The position numbers and the translations under genes were made by a program. A DNA stretch of 64,000 nt from Raillietiella orientalis (lineage: Eukaryota): NCBI GenBank assembly GCA_036172245.1, contig JAYWIR010000033.1, positions 62,001 to 126,000 of the forward strand, read 5' to 3'. Positions 50,800-64,000 of this stretch are shown piece after piece. Under the pieces are notes generated by a model that was not told the origin of the DNA, ran no database searches, and worked only from the letters and a program-made list of their open reading frames with translations. Position 1 is the stretch's first letter; the number at the start of each line of letters is the position of its first letter.

Positions 50800-53700
50800 C
50801 CTTGCGTGGGACATGCTGCAGACAGTTTCCGTGCAAGGCGGGCCCACAGCAAAACCCACGATCGCGACGGGAAGCTGCATCCGCGGTATCGTCGGCACAG
50901 CCCGCTCCGCGATGGCGTCTCTCTCTCTCAACGACGGACGGCCGTCTTGACAGCAGCATCCTGGCGAGGACGGGTGCGGGGTGGCCTTACGCCATGCAGA
51001 ATAAAAATATGCGCTGCATTGATGTTTTCTATCACAACGAATATCCCTGAAGAAATGATTTCATTTTCTTCAAAAATCATAGCGATCCTCCAACATCCAG
51101 TGTCTACAGCATTTCGTTCCCATGCTTCTATGCAGAAGCCACTACGAAAAGAAAAAAGAACAGGTATGTAAGGTCCGTATTCTCAATTTACTGCATCTGA
51201 TGCATATGTTGTTTTCCCTTCCAGTCCCGGAAATCTTTATGAAATTTCACAACCACGTGAGAACAACACTTAACACCCCTATGTATCTACGGGACAGTGG
51301 TTACTTGGTGAGGAAAATGTAGCGAAGTTGAAAATCGATGGAGTCGAATATTGCCATCTCTTCTAGCGAGGAGTGATTCGGCTCAATTCACCGCATGTGA
51401 AGAAGTGCCTGGATTTCCTTGGGAATCATTCCAAGAGATACAAACTCGATGCAAATTAAAATTCAGCGAGAATCGTTCAATCTGACCGATTTTTGGTCAG
51501 GTTGTACGATTGGGCTTTTGTCCTGCAGGAAAGTGTCTTCCAAGGACTTACCAAGGTGTGCATTTTTTTAGGAAGCTGCAAGTTCATTTGGGGTTCCGTG
51601 GAAACCAACATGAATAGGAAAATCTTCATTTCAGAGTGCAATCCAGACCTGTATTTCCAGTCTGTAATCTGGGAATTTTGGAAATTAGAATATAGAATGA
51701 CGGTGGAGCAAATGGCTGTGTTCAATTGGAATCCAATACTTTTCCGTCTTGTATGCGTGCTAATTTTTGAACCTGCGTCACAGTCCTTCAAATTGCAACG
51801 CGCACATTCCTCAGTGCATGGACAACTACGAGCCCGTGTGGTTATAGGGCGATTGCTCTTATGTGTGCCTTCATACTAACTAGTTGAGATTCAAACGCTT
51901 TTTCGAAATGAAATTACTGTTACTCAACGAAAATCAGGATGATGTTGGGATGAACATGGTCTCTCGGCGCACGGAGCTCCCTATTCGAGATGTGTTCAAA
52001 TATGGCGCGCCGCCCGGGGGAGGGTCTGATACTTTACTCACACACGTAATAGCACTTATGAACGTCCGAAGTTCGTTAACTGCAGATATTGCGGTATTTT
52101 CGCAGTAACCAATAAACAATTTCGTTGTATGAAAAAAAAAACATAAGAAGGATTTTTCATGAATTGCAATCCCGGGAATTCCAGGAATTTCACTAAAATG
52201 ATCTCACAAAATTCGGTTTCCGAGGCCGTCCAACAACGTTCTGTGGTAAGAGCATCCACGATGTCAAAGTGGAAGAAGCTTTTAGAATGAAGCAGATTCA
52301 CAGAGCTAGAAATTTACATTCCAGAAGTGATACTTTGCTGGAGTTACATGACCTCGCTTATCATACATCATTTGAGTGAGCTTTCTGTATAAGAGCACCT
52401 ATGTATTTCCACCACGTCCCGCTGCTCTGCAAGATAGGAGATCAGTAGAAAATAGGGAATTCACGCGAAACGCAGCGAAAGATATTGTTGGCAAAATCGA
52501 CAACGAAATGGATCATTCCAGATTCCGCAAATGATGAAGTGTGCACGAGCTGCAGAATCAGCATTTCACAGTACAGTGGATACCATGCGTGCATTGAAAT
52601 CTATCCCCAGAATCTGTAAGCATCACTGTTCCCTCGATTCCGTGCCAATTACCGCGTGTTCGCCTCTGACTACCAATAAAGCCAACCTGGTCATTTTTGG
52701 AAGAATTATCCCAGGAATCAACTGAATGGACCACGAACGGGAGCAAGGACTGAGGTCGGCAAAGTTAAGAGTACAATTATGAGAATCCGATGCTCATAGA
52801 AATGCATGAGTGAATTGCTTCTGAATCATCACGTGAGTTAGCTCATCAATTCGGCTCATTTCAATATTCTTGTTTCTTCCAAATTTATGGCATTTCAGGT
52901 GAATTGCTCGTCCGTACAGTCAATGCAATTCTACGATGCGAACAGCCTCTCGTTTGATCGACTATTCTTCTCGGAATGTGTCACTGTCTCTGCTCGATTG
53001 CTGCAGACATGCTCGGCAAGGCAATTTCCTGAAGGCAGCTTTTTCGACATGCATGAGCACATGGAAATCCATAACACATTTCGGAGTAGCCCAAATCAAT
53101 GAAGTCATGGAAGTCGATATTCTGATCGCATCTGTCTGCATCCACCTGACCTTTCATTGACTAACGTATCTGCTACCAAGATGTTCAAAAAACTTCAGAA
53201 GAAAATTTGAAAAAATTTCAAAAGTAGCTATTCACGAATCAACCTAACCTCCTATGTAGAAATGACCGTTTCAAACAAAAATAATAGGAACATTCAAATT
53301 TTCAATAATCCCATTTGTTATCTCGGAAATGTTTTTGATTCGTTGCTTTCTTGAGATCATTCCTCCATGCTAGATTAAGAGTCAATCCACAATTCAAATT
53401 TTTCTGACCCCCTCTGACCTCCCCTTACCATCTGCCATAGAAGTACCACTATTTGATACCAATCTTCTATTCAGATCAGGCTTCTCAGTGACACTGCAAG
53501 TGTATCAAATGTCTTTTGCCATTTCTCACTATGCTTGTATGTATCTGTGATAGTGCGTGCACAAGCTCTTACTTGAAGCCCTCAACTGATTGAAAATATA
53601 TTGACTCAGATATAAAATGAATTTGTGAAGAAAAAGCATTTATTAGAAAAATTGCTCCTTGTTTCAGAAATTTATAAGAAGAACTCCACCTTCTTGATTG

Positions 53701-54661
53701 ATGTATAGTGTTGACATTAGTAGGTTTCCGTTTTTTCCCTTTCGGGAATATGTTAACAAGGAAGGGTCAGCTTTCTTTCTTATTTATATCTTTGCGAGTG
53801 TAATGGTAAAGCAACGTTTCTGTCCGGTTCGCCTCTTTCCATATACTAGTCGGATGGCAAAATTGCTCAGAGATAAGCATGAAAATCCTGATAAATATCG
53901 AAAGTGCTCACTTCAGTCCATAGGAATGTTGCTCCTTCAGTATATCAGTGTATGAATACCGGTGAAAAATCACTCGAATTCGTGGCGTCCAAACCTAGAA
54001 ACCTCATGCTTCTCGGGGCAACGCTTTCCCAATGATGAGAAGCGTGCGTGAAAAGAAATGACTTCTTCCCATTCTTGTTCTCTTGGGCCTCCTATGTTCC
54101 GTTTTCAACCAGCAGGTACCAAAGCACCAAGTATCATCCTTGGGTACGATCCAATTGAATGCACTCCTACGGTGTCTTCCTATTCGATGTGTTTCGCTCA
54201 AAGGAACTGGTTTTTTGTACAACTGGATTGTACAAAACACCCCAATATCGTTTCGAAAGAAGTGGCAGTTGCGTTTCGCAGTTGCTCTACACTCTCGCAG
54301 CACCCCCACACGCACGATTCCGAGAGTGGGCCCTGCTGAGTAGAGCGCTCTTCTTTTCTTTCGCCAAGCAAATCTTCCGTCGGCGGCAGGGGAGCGCGCG
54401 AGCACGACGGGCATCAGCCACCTTCCAAGATTCCTCTGCTGCGCGGCCGGCCCGTCAGCAGGGCTGCCCGACTTCCAAATGCGGTCCCGTGGCGCGGGGA
54501 TGAACACCACTCGTCAGTGCCGTCAACCGATCGGCCCTTCGCAGCAAGGAGGCCCTTGCATGGGCACACGAGCCCCCACAGAGTTCTTGTGTAGCTCTCC
54601 CTAGGCGAAGCAGTTAAGATGGCAGTAACAAGCCCGATAAAAAAAGCCCTCACTTTAGGAA
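50800..54661 (+). pseudogene. Gene X copy 4, part upstream of the NUMT (start not defined)
   Basis: Candidate GT-AG introns 51164-51224, 51556-51814 and 52833-52898 link the most open frames on each side; in-frame stops and frameshifts remain. Confidence 0.5.
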
Positions 54662-54965
54662 CCCAACAACAACTATTACTACAAAATTACTACTAATCAC
54701 CCCATTAATATGCTAACTAAAATCTCTCATTACTAAATACTTAAACCATCATCTCCAATTTCCTACATCAAGCAAACAATCAATACTCAACATTTCAACA
54801 ACAACCTATAAATACCTGATCTCACCACCTAACTAATAACCCTATCAATATGCCATTACAACTTTATTAATCCCGCCTCTACCATGAACGATAAACTTCA
54901 ATTCATGACCATATCAACAACACATAACCTCACTCAACCCCAAACATCACAAGTATTTACTCACT
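54662..54965 (-). pseudogene. nad4: Probable 5' part of mitochondrial nad4
   Basis: Minus-strand EISY...EMLSY-like segment resembling the nad4 N-terminus; frameshifted. Confidence 0.45.
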
Positions 54966-54981
54966 CTTACACGTTCGCCAA

Positions 54982-55199
54982 CCAAGTTCAGGTTCACTAG
55001 TTTAATAAAAACATTTATCTTGAAAATAAAAATTCTACTCAACCTATACAACTGGAAAGTAATGTACCTTAAAAACAGGATTTCTTCGATAAAGATAGCA
55101 CGTTATACACCATTACCATTCAAACTCAACCTAAATAAATCAAAGATAAGCTAAGTATATGCTGATGGGCTCATACTCCATTTATGATTCGTCTCTTTG
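54982..55199 (+). tRNA. Pseudo mt-tRNAs: trnS2-like (TGA), trnI (GAT), trnM (CAT)
   Basis: Anticodon arms TTTATCTTGAAAATAAA, TCTTCGATAAAGA and ATGGGCTCATACTCCAT; AAAGATAAGCTAA start of trnM. Confidence 0.65.
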
Positions 55200-56154
55200 G
55201 TCGCCTCATCCTCTCTCTCCCTTCACTAATCTTTTTACCTCTAGTCTTCTTCAGAACACTAATCACATTATCAACTAACAATTGACTAATAATGTGACCA
55301 AGCGTAGAAATTAATACAATCTCCATATGTCCCATTATCGCAACCGACAACACCACCTTCTCAACACACTCAACAATAAAATACTTCCTAATCCAAGCAG
55401 TTTCATCCTCACTCTTCCTAATCATTTCCGTCATATCCAACTCTTTTCCTTCCATCATATCGAACATCATGGCAATAATTACACTAGTTACACCCGGCAT
55501 ACTACCATTCCACTACTGATTACTACCCATCATCAATAACTCCTCATGCACAACAACCAAAATACTACTATCCTGACAAAATTTAAACCCTATACTCTGC
55601 ATTTCCCTATCACCATTATCAATCATCTTAATCAATTAGATTCTCAGAGCCACAACAGCCACTGTCATAGGACTAATCTCCCCATCTATTCGACAACTCA
55701 TAACCTACTCTTCCATCTCCCACCTATCATAAATAACCGCTTCAATAAACACATCCTCCAGAATAGGAACTTCATACCTAATTATATACTCCATCAACAC
55801 ACTCGCACCCATCATAATCTTACAAAAAAGAAATACACAATCATTGGCTCACATCCCAATCCTCTACTCCTTCCTTACCTCACCTATAGTATTTCTAGCA
55901 TTACTAAATCTCTATGCCATACTCCCCCTCCCAGGCTTCTTCCCAAATTCAATAACCCTAGAATTAATCCCTACTCCACTAGCAATCACCCTGATCATCT
56001 CCTCTTCAATCTCCCTCCAAATTTACCTCAACATTAGACTACCATCATTCACCACCCTACCAATAAACAAACCACAAATCCACCACAAAACATCCCTTGT
56101 CCCATACTCCATCTCATATCTCTTTAAACTCTTGCCACCATCCCTACTATCCTA
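55200..56154 (+). pseudogene. nad2: Mitochondrial nad2 pseudogene
   Basis: NNWLMMW..VEIN and MKYFLIQAVSS motifs. Confidence 0.88.
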
Positions 56155-56440
56155 ACCTTTACTACAAACATACAAGTTACGTTCGACATATTTCCTAAAC
56201 TCAAATTTTACTGTGCATCCCACATTACATTGCACCAATAATAACCAATTCTTATACAACATGGAACTTGCAATTCTACAAACCCATGAACATTAATACC
56301 ATATTACTAGTAAAAGTATCCATCATTGATAAATTTAAAATTTACCGCTTTACTCAGCCGTTTTACCACCACCACTCATTTAACATTGGAATTATTAAAC
56401 TACTATGCCAAAGTTAAAAATATAAAATCTTATGAACATA

Positions 56441-57957
<1,517 letters not shown>

Positions 57958-58576
57958 CTGATATGGCAGAATTAATGCAATGGACTTAAAATCCATCAAT
58001 CCTACTTAGGAGTAAAACCAAATTCCAAAAATTGTACTCCACCATCAAAAGACTCTCAAACTCGCTACCTTCCTTAACACCCCTAATACACACATTTCCA
58101 TCCCTATCCATCCTTTTTGTAATAAACACCAACTACCTAACTTATCCAGTTATTAAATCGACCATTAACCAATGACTAAAATCATGAAAACATACAATCT
58201 ACAAAACTTTCAAACTGAAATCCAAGTCCAAGTCCACCATACCCATTAAAGAACCCTATGACTATTTACAATTACCATCACCCCATACAACCATGCTCAA
58301 CTGAAAATGACCCCACTTTCCAATCCATCAGTAAATAAAATTAACTCAATCGATTGACCCACCAATATCTCCTTCCATGCGACAAATTACATAATAACCC
58401 ATACTACAATACATAACATACAAAAACACCCACAAACACCATTAAAATGCTCCAATAATACACTATGGGAAACTAACGCAAACGGCACATCACTAATACA
58501 CAATTCGTTCCAAATAAACATATTAAAATAGCAAATACAATGCACTGGATTTCAAATACATCAACAACATTTAGCG

Positions 58577-59219
58577 TTAGCACCTCTCATATTTCAAAAC
58601 TCGTACTCCCCCCTCACAGAACATTTCATCCTACTACACCATTACATCATAATCACTCGAATCATCAACTGTTTAATAATCCTATATAATACCTTCATCT
58701 ACCTCTATAACTCCTACACAAACTTCATACTACTCAAAAACCACCTTATAGAACTTGTCTGCACCTCCCTGCCCTCACTCATCCTCCAACTGATCATACT
58801 TCCCTCCTTACACATCCTCTACCTCCTAGATACTAGCTACTTACCCTCCATAGCTATTAAATCAATTGCTATCCAACGATTCTGAACATACGGATATTCA
58901 ACTTTCAAGAAAACCAAATTCGATTCCTTCATAGTACCAGACAGGATTCTTAGACAACGACAAACTTCTACCTTATAACACCATAATTCACATAATCATC
59001 CCATGATCAGACGTTCTTCACTCGTGACCCATCCCATCCTGAGGAATTAAAATCGACGCCATCCCTGGACGACTTAATCAACAAGCCATCTTCCTAGATA
59101 AACCTGGCGTATCATTTGGACAATGCTCCGAAATTTGCGGCATCAATCACAGATTTATACCAATCCAACTCAACTCAGTGAGACTAAAAGATTTCATTCA
59201 TACAATAACAGAAAATTAG
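58577..59219 (+). pseudogene. cox2: Mitochondrial cox2 pseudogene, copy 2
   Basis: Same motifs and deletion as copy 1. Confidence 0.95.
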
Positions 59220-59284
59220 AATTTTAGATAAAAAAAAAACAATAACCTGGCAGCTTATAATTGGTAAAACAAATTTTAGAACTT

Positions 59285-60068
59285 TATTTCAACAACACAC
59301 TTAACACCAATATACTGACTCCCTCTATGCATCTTCTTCACAACCCTAACCGCAAGCATAAATCTATTTATCCCCCTCCACATCGCACCATCACCATCAC
59401 ACAAAAACCATAAAATAAATATTAAAGGATCATGATACATTCTATCTTCACCCCCTTACACCCTTGCACCATAACCCCACCATATTTCATCACTACCTCA
59501 ATCACTATCATCCTAATCCTTTCTTACCCCATATGAATAATACCAACCATTTCGAGACTCTCCATCGCTGGTCCAATAACGCTACTGGCAAAAACCATCA
59601 ACAATAACCCACACTACCAAACCACTACATCAATTAAAATATTCATTACCTTCTTAATCACCATTACTCTCATAAAACTATAAAGACTTACCCCTTATAC
59701 AAGCCCCTCATTCGCCAACTTATTGCTATCAACATTCCTTGCCATCCCACTATGAACCGCCAGACAACTATTTTCCATTTTCAACAATCACTCGAACTTC
59801 CTAACCCATCTTATCCACAAAGGAACTCCCCTTTCACTCTCCCCATTCATTCCATTATTAGAAACCATAAGACTGATAATACAACCCATATCATATCGCT
59901 ACGACTAACAGCCCAACATTACCCCCCGGACACATCCTTATTACTATACTATCCAACAAACTCACAAACCTCGTCCCATCCAGACCTATTATAATACTAG
60001 AAATTACTAGAGCTTTCATGCAAGCTTACATCTTTATTACACTAACATCACTATACACAAACAAATAA
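59285..60068 (+). pseudogene. atp6: Mitochondrial atp8 and atp6 pseudogenes, copy 2
   Basis: Duplicate of 40977-41760. Confidence 0.85.
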
Positions 60069-60072
60069 CTAC

Positions 60073-60848
60073 AATAACAAATCACCAACCCTTCTTCATC
60101 CACCAATACAGCCCCTTACCCTTTCTCATCTCCCTATCACTCCCATCAATAACCCTCTCCCTCACATGGCTTATGCACAAAATATACTCACCCATTACCC
60201 TATGCATTACAACCACAATCTTAAACAGATTCCTCTGCGGAAAAGACATGAAGCGAGAATCCTCATTCATGGGTATTCTCCCAAGAAAAATAATAAAAAC
60301 ACTGAAATTTGCCATAATCATATTTATTATCTCAGAAATTTTTCATTCATATCATTCTTTGGTCATTCTTCCATTCTGGATTAATATACAATCCACAATT
60401 TTGATTTTCCTGACCTCCAACTAATCTTACACTACCTCCGTTATAGAAGTACCACTATTTAATCATATTCTTTTATAAAGATCCTGCATTTCAATAACAT
60501 CAACACATCACTCCCTCTAAATAAAAAAATTACTCCATCTCACTTTTCTCTCTACTTATTACTATTGCAATCGGATCAGCATTCCTCAGAACTCAAGCCA
60601 TAGAATATTTCACACAAGTTCTCTATTGCAGATTCCATTATTGGCTCTGCATTTTTTATTGCACCAGGATTCCACGGCTTACAAGTATTTGCTGGCCTCA
60701 TTTTCCTCGCCTTATCTATAAGCCAAATCTTTTCGCTTTCCATTACTCACCTCCATCACCTATCATTTGAATTCCCCATTTGGTATTGACATTTCGTAGA
60801 TATCGTGTGACTCTTCCTATTTTTATTTTTATATACTTATGAACATAT
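60073..60848 (+). pseudogene. cox3: Mitochondrial cox3 pseudogene, copy 2
   Basis: Duplicate of 41765-42540. Confidence 0.95.
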
Positions 60849-61654
60849 TCTTTTAGTATATACAGTAGAACAAAGAAATATGAGTTAAGAAATAAGAGTA
60901 CTTCTTCTAGTGTATCGCACTAATCTCTAATATCCTTATTCTTACTACCCTACCAATACACAAAATCCCAACCTTACCATCTTCTCACTATTACTTCAGA
61001 TAAAATTCTCTTGTCATTTGTGCTATCCTCATTCTTCATCCTGACATGAGTAGGAATCCAAGCCATTACTTTATCCACTTGTCACCTCTTAGACAAATAG
61101 AATCACCCATCTACTTCCTATTCTTCATCATGTTTCCCTCTCTAATCCGGCATTATTAGTTTAATTAAAACATTGATTTTGTAAAATTAAATAAATAAAT
61201 TAATGGCAATAATATACCGTCAAGAACTAATCCTTCGTACCCAAAATTTATTCTTTTTAAATAATTCTAACCACCTCACCATACCATCCTCCCATTCCCA
61301 CCATCACATTTCTAGCAGCTCCCATAATCAACCGTTCACACATATAACAACTGCACACACCTCTACCTTTCACCAATCTCCCGTACGATTTTAATCTTAA
61401 AATTTTACATCTAACTGAACTTACAAACACAGTAATCAATATCTTATCATTAAAAATATCCATTGAACAACCATTAACACAGTCAATCTTCTAAACACTT
61501 TCAAATTCGTAGTCATCAACTACTATTCAACCCTACTCACTAAAATCAATATTTCCACAGAATCATCTACATATATGAAATCTATTCTTAAAAATGTTTT
61601 AATTTTTCAATATTCGTACTTAAAACATATTACAATTTGAAAATAAAAGCCAAT

Positions 61655-62835
61655 TTAACTCACAACAGGCTAAACTCAAATCATAGACCTCTTCAATCAA
61701 ACAAACTTACTGTAGCCTTATTCACCCTATCAACATTGAATTCGAGATCAAAATAAAAAATTTCATATCAATTCGCTCCCCGTTATAATTAATTATTCCC
61801 TTAAATAAATTTTTCTTTATTTTTAGAACGCTATTACTTCATATGAAATGATCATAAAATAAATTCCTCATTATCCACCCTAGATAACATCCAATCGAAA
61901 TTTGATTCCACCGGTACATTTTCAATCTATTCGTAACAACACTTGATTCCAAAAGTATTATCGCCCTTTAAATTTATTATAGATTTCCACTATAAAATTT
62001 AATTTGAATACAGACAATAAAACAATCTTCGATGCAATTTCAACCTATAAATTAAATTATTACTATGCTACCTTGGTAAAACCAATAAACCACAACTCTT
62101 CATTACACCCCAGACAAATTATACCCTATCTCACCCATAAGAAAACGTACTTAAAACAAATTTTTACTAATTTCCTTATCACATTCCTACTCTACAATTT
62201 CATTTACCCATCTTACCAATTCAGACGTACTTCCCACAATGAGAACTATATTCCATTTTTATAATATTTTTACGATCCACACTAACCCAATATAAAACTT
62301 TACCTCAAACCTCATAATTGTACCGATTACATTTAAAAATAAGCAAAATTATCCTCATTTTTAGCTCTACCAATTCAAAATATGAATTTGTCAATATATC
62401 ACCTCCAAATAAAACTTTACCGCATTTTATTACATACAAAAATCACTCTATTCAATTCGTCAACATTCGAACATTAAATAGAAATTTCAATTCCAAATAC
62501 AAAAATAATTTGAATTTATCATTAAGCAACAATTCTTTTCAATATTTTCATCTATGACCATAGAATAAAAATTTTGAACTCCATACCCAAATTTCACAAA
62601 ATTCCAATGAATTACCAATATGAAATTAATTTTGACCTCAATTAGTAAAATTACTCCCTTGCCAAGATACACCTTCCGGTACATCTACTATGTTGCGACT
62701 TATCAAATATTCATCAGAGCGACGGTCGATTTGTATTTAATGATTATCACATTCAATTTACCCTTCTTAAACAAATTTGCAATTAATTCCTATTTCAATA
62801 CAAAATTACATATGTATATCCAAACCAACCATATT
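61655..62835 (-). rRNA. Decayed rrnL and 3' end of rrnS, copy 2
   Basis: Duplicate of 43340-44528. Confidence 0.75.
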
Positions 62836-64000
62836 GAAGTTCCCCAATTCCCTGATGGCGAACCGTTTCGCCACGGGCTGGAGGCAAGAAGTGACGATGG
62901 CGCCCTCTCCATACTCAACTCGAGCGGCTGCAGGCGGATGGGGCCGCTGAGAGGAGCCACGTGCTTAGCTCAAGGGTTTCGAAGATTCCCGCGAGGCGGC
63001 GGTGGTTCTGCTGGCGCCCAAGCCGAGCTTCAATTCCAGACTGCGTTTTTGAGCTCAGGGGCATTACTAGCCGGGCGGGCACTGGCGGGCTTCTGGAGCA
63101 ACGGAAAAACATCGTCTTCAAGAAGAAGAACGAACGGACAGGTAGCCACATTCCAACGTCAATCAGAGTTTCATGTTTACTCTCAATTCGTCCACTACCG
63201 CATCGTCTGAATCGAAATGGAAGCGAGGTGCAACGAGCACTCGTCCTGTCAACCGTCTCTCGCCAAACAAGCATCGCAATGACCATCCGGGAGAACACAA
63301 CTGCGATACTGGAAAAGATTGGCAGAGGAAAGCATCGCACCTCCGTTCAAAAACATTGACCAGCTGACTGTGATTCAGCCACGGTGTAGTCGCGGAAGTC
63401 AGGCGCTACCAACATGCCCTGGAGCTTCAGCACTGACAACGACGGCAAGCGATGCACCTCGCTGCGTATCTACTCAGAAGGGACTTGGGTATGCACTTCT
63501 CCGCTTTCACCGCATCTGGAAGTGACCCTCGGGCTCCTGAGGAGAAAATTTCCGTCATGTTCGAAGGCTAGGATGGGATTCATCGCTACCCTGACCCGTC
63601 CACCGCATCCTAGGTAAGTTCTGTTTCTTCCTCTGAACGAGAACACTTCCCTACACGGTTTGCGCAACTTAGACCACGCTACACTGCCAAACAGTGCCCA
63701 CGCCAACGTGTTTTTTTTGCACGACCTTGCTTTCCCCGGCAAAGTCAACTAGCAGAAATCTCAGGGGTAAGTGTTTCGGTACATGCACAGTGCAGTCACC
63801 TCGCCTGCATGTGGCAGTGCTCACACCTCCTTGGACCCGAGTCGCAGATCCGAAAAGCGGAACACTACTGCCACTCTTAAAACTACGTCGCGGAAGGGGT
63901 GAAAAAAGGGTGGCACGATCGCTAATCCTAATTTGCCCGCAAGAATCGCCTTTGCGGCACGCCGATTCCGAAAATGGTCAAAAGTCTGTTTCCTCTGCAG
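62836..64000 (+). pseudogene. Gene X copy 4, part downstream of the NUMT (runs off the window)
   Basis: Matches 44529-45690 and 11075-12240. Confidence 0.55.

Overview
Eukaryotic (animal, probably arthropod) repeat-rich nuclear DNA with no intact gene. (1) 1-34.9 kb and 48.0-50.5 kb hold more than 20 decayed fragments of Tx1/L1-clade non-LTR retrotransposons from several subfamilies, nested in alternating orientation. They show ORF1 with two CCHC knuckles and ORF2 with AP-endonuclease, RT and a C-terminal CCHC finger. Copies share a 5' UTR motif, an overlapping TAATG/TGATG ORF1-ORF2 stop-start, and a hairpin-AATAAA-hairpin 3' end without a poly(A) tail. (2) An unidentified, apparently spliced and pseudogenised plus-strand gene (gene X) occurs in four partial copies. 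(3) An ~8.2 kb decayed mitochondrial insertion (NUMT) sits inside gene X and is present twice in an ~18.3 kb tandem duplication; the empty insertion site survives in a paralog at ~11.07 kb. A 96-N assembly gap lies at 37045-37140. All calls come from manual reading and translation; boundaries are approximate unless a junction sequence is quoted.
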